Source: Catajapyx aquilonaris (Eukaryota). From it: a DNA stretch of 48,769 nt. The notes below the pieces were generated by a model. It did no database searches, had not been told where the DNA came from, and saw only the letters and a program-made list of their open reading frames with translations. Of the stretch, positions 13,201 to 26,895 are shown piece after piece. The stretch covers positions 1-48,769 of the forward strand of contig JYFJ02003008.1 in the NCBI GenBank assembly GCA_000934665.2, in the 5' to 3' direction. A program made the translations under genes and the position numbers. How positions within the stretch are numbered: position 1 is the stretch's first letter; every line of letters begins with the position of its first letter.

Positions 13201-16200
13201 GCATCACCATGAGAACTTAACCTGTCCTATATTATACACACCACCTGAGTCTATACTTGGGAGCCTTCATCAAGATTTAGCTGTAATGTATGGCAAGCTG
13301 AAGTGAAAGTGATTCTGCAACTCACTGTCAGTGATATCGAGATATCAAACTTTATGCAGATGATAATAGTTTTTCACTCACTCTCCAACTGAAATAGCAC
13401 CAAATGAATTACAGTGATTAATTTGCTAGAACTAGTGGGTGCTATTTAAAGTGTTTAAACTGGCCACTCCAAATAATTGAAAACACCTGCTGAATGTTTT
13501 GGTACATCGCAACTGTTTTCAATACCCCCATCCTTCCTCCTCCATCCCCTCCTCTCCCCACAAAGCGTACGCCATGGATGCAAGGGTGAAAAGAATGCAC
13601 GACGGCGTGAGAACCTGGGAAAATTGTGATAGCATGAATAGGTTTGTGGGGCCCGGGAGGCAAGTAATGGGAAGGGAACGGGGATGAAGTGATGGCATGA
13701 CACCTGAGAGACAAAGGCCGGGGCAGCGGTGTGGCAAGTAGCCCCGGGGTCCAATGTGGGCCCGAGAGGAGGGCAGAGTAGAGAGACTAAGGGAAGGACA
13801 AGACCCAGGGAGCGGCGGAAGTCATCATTATTTTGCGTCGACGCGCACGGTATGGCCGGTGAGTGACTGGATGATGCGAGTGGATTCGGGCTCCGATCCT
13901 CATCAGCCCACCAGGGACAATAAATAACAATCATATTCCATATCCGGCCGGTGAGATAGGTGCCGGACCACGGTATGGCAGTGAGTGATGAGCCTATTCT
14001 CTCCTTTCCCACCCTTATTCCACCCTGCTTTCCCTGCTGCTCACAAATTCCTGTGGTCTATATCTGTACTGGACTTATCATTAAGTATTTTAGACAATCA
14101 GTTAAGCAGGTGTTAGTCAAATGAGTATATAGGATGCTGTCGGTTATAGGCAATGGGAACCTCTCAATAAGTGAGAGTATCGATTCAAACACTGCCATTA
14201 TGACGAAGATGAGGAAATTGCGTTTATTTCCTTACACAATATTAATAATTCGAATTTCTCCGAGCTGGCATATAAGTCATGGAAATACCTGAAACATGCG
14301 ACAGGTATATCCTCATACACCCACATCAGTCAGTTATGTAATATCTTCCCAGAATATAGTGAATTGTGTTTTTAAAGCGCTCCGTAATAATTGAACAGAC
14401 AATGCGACGTCTTAATTAATGAATCAGTAGGATGCAATTACTATGTCAACAAGATGGTAACACTATAATGACGGTGTAAAATTATAATTCTGAACTACTA
14501 ATTTCTCCGTTAATGTTACAAAATGTAGCCTAATATTAAGAGCAGTTCTTTTAAAAGTGAGTAACCATTCCAAAGAACATACAGTAAGTGAAGTAGCGTT
14601 GATGGAAACCTTGCAGTTATGGAACAAGTTATAGTCAGTGGCAAGCTGGTTCAAGAATCCAACCCATCATCAACTCAATTACCGTTCATAGCAGCAGCAT
14701 GCTGAAATCAAAGAGCGTGCTGGAAAGGTGCCGCTCACGTTCTCCCAAAATATTGCATTACCTGGACGTATAGCCTATGGCTGATTCGGACGGAAGGAAA
14801 GAGTGATGGATCGGGCCGTTGCGTTGCAAGCGCCGCAACAGCCCTCACGTTCAATCAAGAACTCATTTTCCACGGGGAAACAACGCAGCAGCAAAGCAAC
14901 AGCGCACTCCTGGCGACATCGTTTATTCGCTCGCTCGCTCGCTCACTCACTTCCATCAAGATCAGCCAGGTACCGTCTGTCTATAATTGCATACACGTGC
15001 ATGATGGCTGTATATACAGGTTTTTTATATACACATTTAGGTCACAGTAATTCCATGTCATCATCAGTCTGTGTCCGTACAAAGTTGCTCAGATCGAAGA
15101 TAATTGGGTGGAATAAGTAACTTATGTTTTGATTTGTTATCAATATTTTTCTGAACTGCAAGGTGCCAAAAACAGTTACCCTGCTTCGGACCACTACAGA
15201 AATCAGCCTTGAAACCACCCATGTTGCAGCAAAAACTGGTTGGTACACATACGATCAATTAAGAGACACTAATAACAGTTATTATAACCCCACTCACACC
15301 CGTTGTCGCATACTGTATAAGTTATATGGGGAAGAAGACGAAGGGCAACGGAGGTTGCTTGCTTTGATTAGGGTCAAAGAGAGCTGGTGTAACTTGAAAA
15401 TGGATCCTGTGAGACCATGTTCTTCTTTGTAGTCGTTGCTCTTTTCTGTCTCCTCTTCTTTCCCTTTTTCCTCCTCTTATTCCCTTCCTTCCAACCCCGC
15501 CTAATTATGGGGGTCCTTTTCAGCACCATGCAGGCTTTTCCAGTTGTGCTCTCTTTCTCTGGATGGACGCAAGCATATAGTGATCCTAGGCCCAGATACT
15601 GCACCGGTACGGGCACTGTGGCCTCTCCATCTCCCTTCAATGCAGCCTGTCAAAAGAGCTGCTGCCGTGTAAGCACTTGAAGGACCCCTACCCATTGTGA
15701 GACCAATTCCAGCCGACATAACTTCGCCCTTCTGAACCCGGTACAAATTTTCCGGACAACATATCCGTTAGAATTGTCATATTCCTTGTCGAGCTCCAGG
15801 GCTAGAGAATGAGACAGAGCATCAAGTGTGCCTGCCTGTGTCGGAGTGACTGCTGATGTTGTTTCGGTACTTAACGAGGTTTGAAGGAAGCGAGCCGAGA
15901 TCCAGTTAATCACGGGTAGGCAGGCCACTATTTCATCAGCGAATCCACCTAAGCAGATTAGAAACATGTTCTCTTACATCTCAATCTACTTTGCCTCCGT
16001 CCTTAGTTACAGCGGATTAATCAAAGACACGCCGCCGCGACTCTGCTGGCAAGCCAGTCAGCAGCAGTCAGGCAGCAATGAATAGCACTCTGATGCTCAT
16101 GAGCTGCACCGCTTCGTTTGCAGTTATCCAAATTGCATTACACTACTATATTTCCTCGCCTCCCAGCATCCGCTAAGCATAAGCTCGTCCTTATATAGCC

Positions 16201-19200
16201 ATGTAGCTCGCAGTTTCGTCATACGACGTATGCTGCTCAAGTCACCACGTCTGCTAATGGTTCTTTGGTTACTTAAAAAAAAGAAATATTGTAAGTGTCC
16301 TTGTTACAAGCTAGCCAGTTTGGATCATGTGGGTTACGTTTCTAAGACAATTTCCTGGGCTCTGAGCAGAATGTGCTGAGGAAGGTGACCCCCACGGGTA
16401 ATATGCTGCAATGGAAAGGGTCCAGAGACTGTATGTTTCCAGAGGCAGTGTTCCGTAGGTATCGATCTCCCTCCTCTTCCTTCCCTTATTCTATCCCCTC
16501 CTTTCTTCGTGCATGCCTGCCTGCTTGCTTGCTTGCTTCTCGACTTGCAGGCAAGCCAGAGATCAATCTATTGGCAACGAGAGCCCGCATCTCTCGCCCT
16601 CCCTATAAATATTACATCGGACGTCGTCGCGGGAATAAATTTCCATAGATGAAAGCCGGAGATTGTCCATTATTCGAGGCGCGACTGCGAAGAGCGCTCC
16701 CCCACCTCCTAGATCCTTTCTGTCCTCCTCCTCTCTTCTGGTACACACCATACGGATGCTGCATTTGGCACCTGATACACCTGTCCACCGGTCGACATCA
16801 AAGGGGGCGTACGCGTGCATAGAGTGCGGTCGGGGGTGTATGCAACATGCATGGGTGCGCGAGGCTATTCAGGCAGTGCTGTAGGCTCGCCTTTGAGTTG
16901 TTGTTCCTTTGGAATAATAAGTAAGGCGGGCGGGTTGACAGGGTGGATAAGGCACGTAGGCACTACTGGTCATCCCCCTATCGGGCCACACAGAGAGCGA
17001 CAGGCACACGTATAGGGTCACAGGGTAACATGACATGGTGCCGGCCAGCCACTGCATACTTGATGAGCAGTCCCGAAAAGCGGTGGCGGCTCTTGTGACT
17101 GCTTTGCAAGCGGCCCAAAGTGGAGGCCTCAAGTGGCCGAACGCATCCGGAGGCCATTGACAGCTTGGCGGGAACAATGAGCGCCAGGCTCTGACAAATT
17201 GTCAGGTGTCGTGTCAGGTACGGCAGCAGCGCTTCGTGGACCTGACTGCGGGATGAATGTCTTCTCTGTCCATCTATCTAGCCCCGCTTTGGCATGAGCC
17301 TGGCGGTCGAAACCACGCCACTCCCTAGCTCATCGCACACTCGAATTTGGTTGAAAATACTGCGCCATCACTTATCCTCGAAGGACGATCTTCTGCATTG
17401 TGCCACAAACAGCAGCGATTATTCTTTCACGCTGATTACCCACTCACTGACATCATTCCCATTAAACAGAAGTGCAAGAGAGTCGAGACACAAATAAAGT
17501 GCGTCGTATAGCACCATAATTACAGCACACCGACAATACAAACCGCCGGGGCGGAGCAGTCAGTGCGGGCAAGCCAGAGAATGATGAATATGAGATGTCC
17601 GCTTTTCAAAAGTCCGCTCCAAAGCTTTTTCCCCAAAATATGCCCAGCAATTTAATGGGCCCGACCTCCAGCCCCGACTGACTTGCAGGTTCATTTATCA
17701 ACAGCCATGCATAGAGACAGCCATGCCCCATGGTGTATACCGTCCCTGCAATATACAGCCTGATCCATAATTTCCTCCAATGGTAAATGCCCCTTTCTCA
17801 CCTGGATTTCAACGGGTGAGTAGACCGCGCATGGCCCACCCCGTGCCTATATAAAGTATCCGGAGGGCAAGAGGCAAAGAAGGAAGGGATGATGGTGAGG
17901 CAAGTGGCGCAGCACAGCAATGTTGTATGTGTATACAACCAGGGTCCCTCCCTGTTGGCCAAATGAGGCCCCCAAAGTCCATTCATCAAGAGGTGGGCGA
18001 TGCTTGAATTAATCAAAAGGGTCCCGGGCGCTGCTAGAAAGGCGCGTAATGGACAACTTAATGGAGGAGGAACGCGTGAAAAATCCCCTACCTCTTCTCC
18101 TTACCATTATGATGATTATTGGTGTAGCTGCTCCGACCGCCTGGAGCTAAACTGCTTAGCTTGGGCCCACCGGATCGTTCCGTCTCTCCCAAATGCCCAT
18201 CATGTACAAAGGCTACCTCACTTGCACATACTCATTCGACCCCCAAATGCCTCCTGTTTTTCTTATACAACCAGTTTTATGGGGTCGTTCAAAACCTATC
18301 CTGGAGCGATGCAACCCAAGGCCCGCCATGCACGTCAAAGAGACAGAGGGCCAGTAGAGTCAGGTGTTGGAGCCTAGGCAGGCACCTAGCTACTTAATAA
18401 ATTCGCACCTGTACGTCGTGGGAGTGACAGCCTATAATTTGCCGCTCAAAACCGGACTAAAATGATAAAATGCGGCGGCCCTCTTTTAATGGCCGCCTGA
18501 TGGCTTCATTAGGCATCATCTCTACTGGTACCCCCCCTCAAGGGCCATTAGCCCACAATTAACACGACGCGCACACACACACACATCAGAGCCTGCGAGC
18601 TGAATAATACATCCCTTGCAGAAAGGTCAAGAGAGCCAAGATGGCGCGTATATAACCGATGCTCACCGCAGATTTGTTTGGAGGAAAGCCCCAGCTAGCT
18701 CGGATGACTGCTGCCGGGCCCGCGGTGGTAATTACGTTACATCGACCTCGGTCTCATTGCCGGCCGTCATTTTGTAGCTGGTGCCCGGTTCCATTTGCGG
18801 TGGAGAAAAGAGGTCTTTATACCTAGAGTGGTGGATGAATTGACAGATAGGATATGGCTAGCTGAAAGGGCCCGGCCCACACACTCCAGCCTGGAAGAGA
18901 TCTCGGCGCCGATGTTTGCCTTCATTGTCTCCTGTATTAATGGGTGCCCTCCAATGATGCCAGTCGGCTTTTAATGACTTGCACCCAATCCTAGCCACAT
19001 CTGTTGCGATCGCACCTTACACGGCATATCGGGCCTCGGGATGTACAAGGGCGTGTCGGTAGTGTCATGTCTTCTCTTTATGACTGATGGTACCGGCAAT
19101 GTTGTACTGCAGCCGTCTATCATTTGTACACAATATAAAATTACACCGTGGCACAATTTTCATAGCGTGAGAACGATACCGTATACATATCCTGAAGAAT

Positions 19201-20929
19201 AGGCTCGTATATATAGGACCCCGTATAGCTTACTATACGAGACATTATACTATCCGATACGATGTATCATGTCGCGTGGCTGCTGGCAGTAAGTGTCGAT
19301 TGCGGCCAGCATCATATCAGGCAGCGAGCGAGACTCAGCAAACAAATGCCCTTGATGGCTATGGATGCAGCTGTAACATGTATCACCTAATCTCCACCTC
19401 ATCACATCTTATTGAATTCCGATGTCTCTCATATGGAGCACGGTAGCATCCCCTGCAGGCACCCCGTCTTCTCCTGGATCAGTCACACTGCATGGGGACG
19501 ATTGGGTTTTAATCGATCACATCGCGGACGCGTTTAGAATCTACAGGGTGTCTCGACAGTTGCGAATAAGAATGTTGCAATTGTTATTCCAAGAACTTTG
19601 TTTTTGACAAACTACTTTGTTTTTTTTTATTTATTTTTTAAATTGTGTGACACTGGGTAGTGTCACATATAGTGCGATACAGAGTGAAACGACCTCAAAA
19701 CATAGAGAATTTTAATATCAAAAAAAATACCATACCAATGCTTTTAAAAATGACTAGCATTTGCAGAGTAAATACGTATTGAATTTCTGGCAAAGCCGTC
19801 TGGATATTCTGCGTACATACTACTTCAAAATCAATTTTTCTATCCCGCCTTTTAGTACTAGGTACTGCAAAGGAGGTGTGTATTACTTTTGAGCCCCAGC
19901 AAGTCAGCATGCATTATTAATCTAGACTCATCCCAATAATAAGTGTGACACATAAGAAATAATCAATATCGAAGCGGCAACAGGAACAACAAGCGCTTCA
20001 CACTGCCAGATGTCAATTCTGTTGTTCTCTTGTTGTGGCAAATGTTTCATCGCTCCTACATGCCGATAAGTCCCACACCATTTATCGCACTGCACCACCG
20101 ACTCTTCTAATTTAAATTACCACGGTGTTTACACGCTTCACGCCAACATTGACACCCCATTGTGTTGAAAGCTGATTTTGACGTATTTTGTATTGTGTAA
20201 AAAAAAACGTCGCGTTTTTCTGTCGCGCTTTTCCGTCACATTTTAAACGCTTATAATATATGTCCAGAACCAATTTGGCTTGTAAAAACGTCATTTGAGG
20301 CCTGAATAGAGGCCAATAAACAACTTTGGCCTCCGTATGTTGAAATGAGTAATAGAAAGAATAAGATCACCCCCCCCCCCCTTTGTAATGCTGGACTTCA
20401 TACACTCAACCCCCACCGTGGGTGAAGCGGCCTCAGGGGGAAGAGAGAGGGGGCCCCATACACCAGGAGGACCGGCTCCTTGTCAACTTCTGTCGGGGTG
20501 ATTTTCCAGTTAATCATCCGGAAAATGGCCCCGGAGGTCCGAGGAGAGAAGGGTATATGGAGGAGTATACTAGGGAGGGGGAATTGCCATCGCTGGTGAA
20601 TCTTCCTTCTCGCCCTTTGGCTTTACTTGTCAGCTGGGATTTGCCCCCCATCCCAGCTTTCATCCTCTTCCACCCCTGCACTTCACAACTGTATATACGC
20701 GACGAATTTAACCCAAAATCTGACTTTGGGTCCGGTGGGAGTTGATTATTCAGCTGCCCTTCCTCGTCTCCCATCATCCCCCGCGGTGCTGTCACCTCAG
20801 TGTCATCCTCTTGACGCTTCTTTAGCCAGGTTTCAAAACCTGCCAATGAGATTGACCCTCGGTAAGCTGGCCAAGATCAAAAATTATTCACGTAATGGCC
20901 TGTCGAGTGCAGCAGGGGTGTGCAGAATA

Positions 20930-21018
20930 CCGTATTTTTAAAAAACCTGGCATGTAAATTAAGGGGTGAACTATATGGTCAAAAAAGGGCGAGAACCCTA
21001 TGCCCTAAATAATACGTG
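20930..21018. mobile_element. Degenerate short DNA-transposon remnant (CCGTATTT-type ends)
   Basis: TA|CCGTATTTTTA ... TAAATAATACGTG|TA, a short imperfect inverted match only. Confidence 0.25.
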
Positions 21019-22297
21019 TACAATATGTACTGATGCGTGAACATACGAGTATTATGAGCGAGCAAGGCTTATTACGTTATGCGACAATTCAGTCATTAAT
21101 CGGCCGCATGATGAATGCAGCTTATTATAAACGCACAATGCAAATAGCCACACTATTATTTTAATTGGCGCTCCTCGCCTGAAAATGGCAATCGGCAACA
21201 ATAACAACAGTTGTTCCCTGTTAATGATAATGACAATAATAATAGATTTGGGCGGGGGCGACTGTGCATATATATACTGCTGCTGTACATGTAGAGAGCT
21301 GAAACCGGACTATATTCGCCGAATAGTGTGGAGTGATGGAGGGGTGGAATGTGTGTGTGTGTCTGCATGTGTGTGTGTGTGGGTGGAAAAAGGGGGAGGG
21401 GGGCTGTGTTTTACTGCTGGCTGCCAACTGCATTTATGGCAATTCTCTCTGTGACAATTTGCAGCGGCAGGGATTGAATTAGCTCTGCGCCCGCTTTGCT
21501 GAGTAAATACCGCACTCATGCATTAAATGGCATATGTAATGCGGGCCCGTGTTGTGGACACGCAACTGGCCTATACGTCGCGCCCCCATTGTGAGTCGGG
21601 GGCACAAAATACAGCCTATCTGGACTGCGATACTCGCAATCTGCGCCACAACACAACTCGCCTAACCTGCAACTGACACTCTCCGCATCGTTATTTACCT
21701 GCTGCAGGCTCCAATCCGCGTCCCCTAACAGCATGCATCAACCACTACACATATGCTGACCTATGACCTAAACACCAATGGGGTTGAGACCATCACTTGG
21801 AGGATTTTTTGAGCCGGCTTATAATTATTGGAGAGTGGGGATGGAGTGGATTGAGGGCAAAAAGAGGGGGTGAGGGGAGGTCTTTTGAGGTGGGGAAGGT
21901 AGGTGGCTGAAAGCAAGCGGGATGGCTGTACGTCTCATTGATTCATGGCGCGGCAAGCGAGGAATCTATTCGCGGGGCGCGCGTTTTAATTCCAGGAAGC
22001 AGCAGGGTTCCGGATGCAAAAGCCTTGTGGTCCCATTCCGATCCGCTATACCGTCTATACCACAAGGCATATACGCTAGATCTGCCGCCTGCCTATAGCC
22101 TCGATGTAAAAAGGTCTATACAACGCTTTCGCTTCGAGCCGGTAGTAATGAAGCACTCTGGCACTCAAGTTGGCAATGGCGTGCACACCGTCTTAAAATG
22201 CCGCCTAGGATTAAATAGAACTTGAAGGGGAAAGGTTACAAATCTTTCTAAATAGTTGTTTTCGACAACAAATTTTTTTCATGCTATTCAGTTACTC

Positions 22298-22673
22298 ACA
22301 AGGGAACGACCAAGGTCGATCGCCTGCGATTTGGTTGAAACTCGCTTGTGGGGTCACTCATGTGTGATAGACACAGTGGTGAAAGTCCTAGATGACACTG
22401 TCCAGCCGTTTCCGAGATATGAGCACAAATATATCAGAATGCCAAAATTCGGATGTTTCTGTCGCTCATATCTCGGAAACGGCTAGACAGTGTGGTCTAG
22501 GACTTTCACCACAGTGTCTATCGCACATGAGTGACCCCTCAAGCGAGTTTCAACCCAATCGGAGGCGACCGACCTTGGTCATTCCCTTGTCCGTTCAATT
22601 GAACATTACTTATAAAGCACCCTGTGGCACCCTACACAAAACGGCTACCCACAACCAGTTATTAGCCACCCTG
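22298..22673. mobile_element. Fold-back MITE remnant with a long internal palindrome
   Basis: 127-bp arms 22298-22424 / 22464-22590 with about 10 mismatches, extending imperfectly to a 6-nt loop (22441-22446). The right side ends CACCCTG|TA at 22673 like other MITEs here. No left terminus was recognised. Confidence 0.75.
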
Positions 22674-24970
22674 TAAACAGTGTGAGTAGGCCTATACAGC
22701 AGAAGTGTATAGCTATCGCAGTCGACATATGACAGTCATGACAGTTGAATTAGAGAGGGGCTGGAGGGAGTGATGGGAGGAAGTGGAGGGGAGGACAGAG
22801 GGAGAGGGGTGGTAGAGAAGGAGACACGTAAAGTGACTCGGCTGTATCGCTGGTCCCTTGGTAATAAAGTAAAGCAGGATTGGACGAGCAATGAAGGGTT
22901 GAAGTAGTGGCGCCGAGGGTTTTCTTACTGTCCTCCAGTTCGGGTATAATAATAGCCTTGTGGACTTTAGGTTCGTGAGGTGGGTCAGAAGGGGCTGGAT
23001 CGACACAATGGACAAGAGCCAGAAGAGACAAGAAGCAGGGTGAAAAAGACGACGAAAAAAAAGAAAAAAAGCCAGCTGGAGACAAACGTGGACCTCTAGC
23101 GTCATACTCTGCCATTTATACTGTATATACATAAACTAGTTGAAAAATCCCCTAGTCATCACCGTCATCCCAGCTCACTTTAGCACCGTATCAGATCCTT
23201 TCGTCACCTTTTTCTACAGTCCAATCCTGTCCGCCAGAGCGGCGTGTTAGTCCAAGTCCCATCTTAGTGGAGAAAAAAAAGATGTCCAGAGACTTGATCA
23301 GCAAAATTCAATATGGCTCCATCGATTAGAGCATTTGTGTAAGCAAGAAGAAAGGGACATTGGAGTGCAGGTGTTGATGAGCCAGAGCATCCTGAGAGGT
23401 ACCTACACTAAGTATTACTGATTGCGAAAGAGAGCTTGCCGCTGTCAGAGCGGTAGAACGGCGATTAGAAGGGTGGAGTGGAGGAGGATTGGGAGGAGGA
23501 GGTGGAGGGAGAATCAGAGCAATCAGCTGGGGGTTTGTTGCAGTGGGATGAAATGAGGACGCGCTCATTCAGACCATGCCTGACGGTATAAACGGGCTCC
23601 ATAATTATTGTATGTGTAGTGTAGGCATAGTATAGGTAGGTATAGTGAGCAGGGGAGGGGGGGGGAAGAAGAGGTGCGTCTGCTTCCATGGTGCAGCAAG
23701 TGAAGGACGGCGCATTGTAGAGCCGTGTTTGCTCAGACACTTACTNGGGGGGCTTCCCTCCCTCCCTATCCTCCCTCCTTTTGCTACCATGACTCCCTGG
23801 CCCCTAATCGAGTTACAAAGGAGGCAGCAGAGTCCGGGCTAAAAGCCTCACTTTCATGCCGCCCTTTCTTTCACGCGCTGCGCACGACTAATTTCATCCT
23901 TTGATTCGCCTCCACCCCTCCAACTTAAACACTTGTCCCACTCAAATATTTGCCTCGTCCTGCTAGCTGCTAATGCTATCATCCTCGACCCGCACCCCTT
24001 ACCCCCCATCTCCCCACCACCCATCGTCTAGCCTCCTTTATCCCCCCCTAATATGCATGTTTATATGCGCAGCTTATTTTCTAGTTCACGCCTTGGGATG
24101 TGTAACACTGTGTACAAACAAAGCCGCATGCTCTGCGACATTGCGTCATGTGCGGACATGAGCAAAAAAGTACTGCGGCAAAGTGACGCCATTTTTGGTC
24201 CAGGTCACTATGTATATTTATAGCAAAAGGTACTGTGCTAGAAGGCAGGTGCCGGAAAATGAAGCAATCAATCAGTGCAACTACCTGCAGCCATATGCAT
24301 ATAAGAGAGTGTCCCAACGTCCAAATTGCACAGCATGTATTCTAATAGCATGTGGCATGCAGGGAAATGTCCATCACAGACGGCGAGAGGATATAGCATC
24401 GCTGTACAGAGTATGATTGCAGATGGGGCCTGCTGCCCCCTGCTTGTTGCCTTGCTTCCTCTTCCTGCTCCTTCTTCCATAGGACCACTTCCGATGGCCA
24501 CTAATTGAAAAGCCAAGTGGCCCTCATTTGTGTCGCCATCAACCAGCTGCATGCACGCCCTACACACCGACATATTACATAAAGGGAGCGACGGCACCGC
24601 TGCCGACACCACCTGCCCATGGTATATACATTCTAACTACACTAAACACAGCATTCTGTCCGGCACAGGAGAGGCTAGCTAATATAGCTACCATTTCCGT
24701 GCTTCACGGATCTGCCGGATGTCCAGAAAAAATGACAAGTGAATTTTAGTTCTAGTCAGCCTGTGATGGGCCATGTGATAGTGACGCCCCATATATGGTT
24801 GACTAGCACTCAAAACAGGCAGGTTGCAAAAATTAACCATTAATTAATTGTGGCGGATTCTGGGTTTTATAGTGTTACAGAGTCCTCGATAATTTCCCAA
24901 TTCTGAAATTATATAGCACGTAATATATGAATAATAAAATATTACTGTACCAGGAATATGTGCATTGTAA

Positions 24971-25198
24971 GGGAAGACGGAGTGGCGGTGTGGAAACGTA
25001 CGCGCCCACGGATGTAAGGTACCGGGTTCGATCCCAAGCCCGGGCATTCCTCCCTTCATCTCGTGCAGAGTTGGGTCTTCTCTGGCTTCGTCTCGGGTGG
25101 GATTCCTTGAGACTAACAACCCGGGAGAACTCACAAAATGACCATATGAGACACTGCACTGCACCTTGCACTTCCCTTCCCACTCATCATAATTAATA

Positions 25199-25243
<45 letters not shown>
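24971..25243 (+). mobile_element. tRNA-derived SINE (family C, copy 1) ending in (TAA)n
   Basis: A-box-like TGGCGGTGTGG and B-box GGTTCGATCCC. The body aligns with 43173-43499 (TCGTGCAGAG...TCTCTGGCTTCGT.TCGGGTGG...ACCCGGG.GA..TCACAAAA), followed by a (TAA)n tail. Confidence 0.85.
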
Positions 25244-25244
<1 letters not shown>

Positions 25245-26823
25245 TAGTAAGTGATCGTATTATACGGATAATGAGTTGTCACTATCTGCACAAAAATTTC
25301 ACTTAGCATGTTTGCGACACTTTTCAGTATTTCTCACCACCATGAAAGTTACTCGGTGCGGTTTATGACTTTGTGGGACATAAAGTAGGGCTTATACGTG
25401 CAGCAGCGCTGTTTGCAGTGAAGAACACGAAGTTCCGGACCACTTTATTGGAAATTGCAGCCTTCTTAACATAGTTTATAAAGTTCTGTGAGACATTTTA
25501 CAATGTTTAACGAGGTCGTGGTTGTATGTGGTCCATTAACAAAATATTTAAAATGTTCCAAAAAGCTAGAGCCTACGAGTGAATGCTTACACTTATATTT
25601 GCATGAATAAAATTGACATATAATTGCTCAACACGTTCGTTAAGAACACGCACAAAGATATTTGGCAACTTATACTTTCTACCACTTTCTACCCAGAATT
25701 TCATCAAGCAAAAGTCCCAAAGCTGGAAGGTAAATTCGTAGAAGCGTGGAGTGACGTATAGGTTTAGGAGGGAGGTGATGTGAGGCGGAGCATGGGGGGG
25801 GGGGGGNGGACCAGCAGTATAATATGCTGCCTCATGCTTGATAACAAGTTGGTCCAGGATGTATAGGCCACTCATCCAGCACGTTTAGGGTGCATCATAT
25901 CTACTGCCTCACATTTGTCATGGCCTCAGTATAGAGTCATCAACGTGTTCGCTGCAAAATAATCTCACTTGTCATGGACAACACTGGGTTTGTATGAGAT
26001 GTTGCTTTTACATGGCGACTTCTAACGACCTAACTTGATTTTGTGGTGATAATGCATTTGCAAGCAGTCCATTGCAATATGTTGTATATGCATAAAATAT
26101 TGGTTTTCTTGTCGGTATTTATAATAAACAGTCATATATACATAAATGTGAAAATCAAAATTATTGTGCCAAGTATTGTATACCAGTTTTTAAAAAGTCA
26201 GACTGTATAAGTTATATTAGTAAAAATCCGTTGAGTGAGAATAATAGTGGAGTTCGTTTCAAGTTTTTTTTGCCTGGTCCATGCTGAGGTGCTGGTAGAG
26301 GAATAGAAGCTGTGACAGAATGGAAAGGTGGTGGTGGTAAATATTTGGGTTGGGAAGTTCCTTTGTGCGAGTGGTGGAGGTGTTGCAGCAAGAGTTGGAG
26401 CCTGGGGAAGAAGGAGGGGAAGGGAATAAGGGGAGGGAGGGAGGGGAGTGATAAGAGAGAAGAGAGAAAAAGATGGAAAGAGAGTGTGTGACTGTGTCTG
26501 AGTGTCTGCTGGTGCTGATGGTCCCGCCTCCTGATTCCCAGGCCCATTTGGAAAGATGACGAAGAGAGTCTGCGGGCAATGATGTGCAAATGGGCTTTGT
26601 GGCCGCAGAAAGGCGTGTGTATATACAGAGAGTCTGGGGCACCGACTGGAGGAGCTTGTTTGCCTTCCGGCCCGTCACTCAACTGAAAGCGAGAACTCCA
26701 TTTGCTTCTTTCACATCCATCCATCCTTCCATCCTTATTTTATACCCTCCATTCTTACCAGCCCTCCTCGTCATCATCTTCAACGAACATCACCTCAACT
26801 CAACAACAGGAACTCATAGCTCG

Positions 26824-26895
26824 TCAAATGAGCAGTATATCTTGTTCTGTTCTACATGTAGAACAGTAGAACAGAACAAGATACTGCTCATTTGA
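26824..26895. repeat. Isolated hairpin/inverted repeat, 30 bp paired, 2-nt bulge, 10-nt loop
   Basis: TCAAATGAGCAGTAT(AT)CTTGTTCTGTTCTAC - ATGTAGAACA - GTAGAACAGAACAAGATACTGCTCATTTGA. Confidence 0.9.

Noticed and set aside
13395..13416. TAGCACCA seed of the miR-29/285/995/998 family
   Set aside because: No complementary 5' arm upstream to form a precursor.
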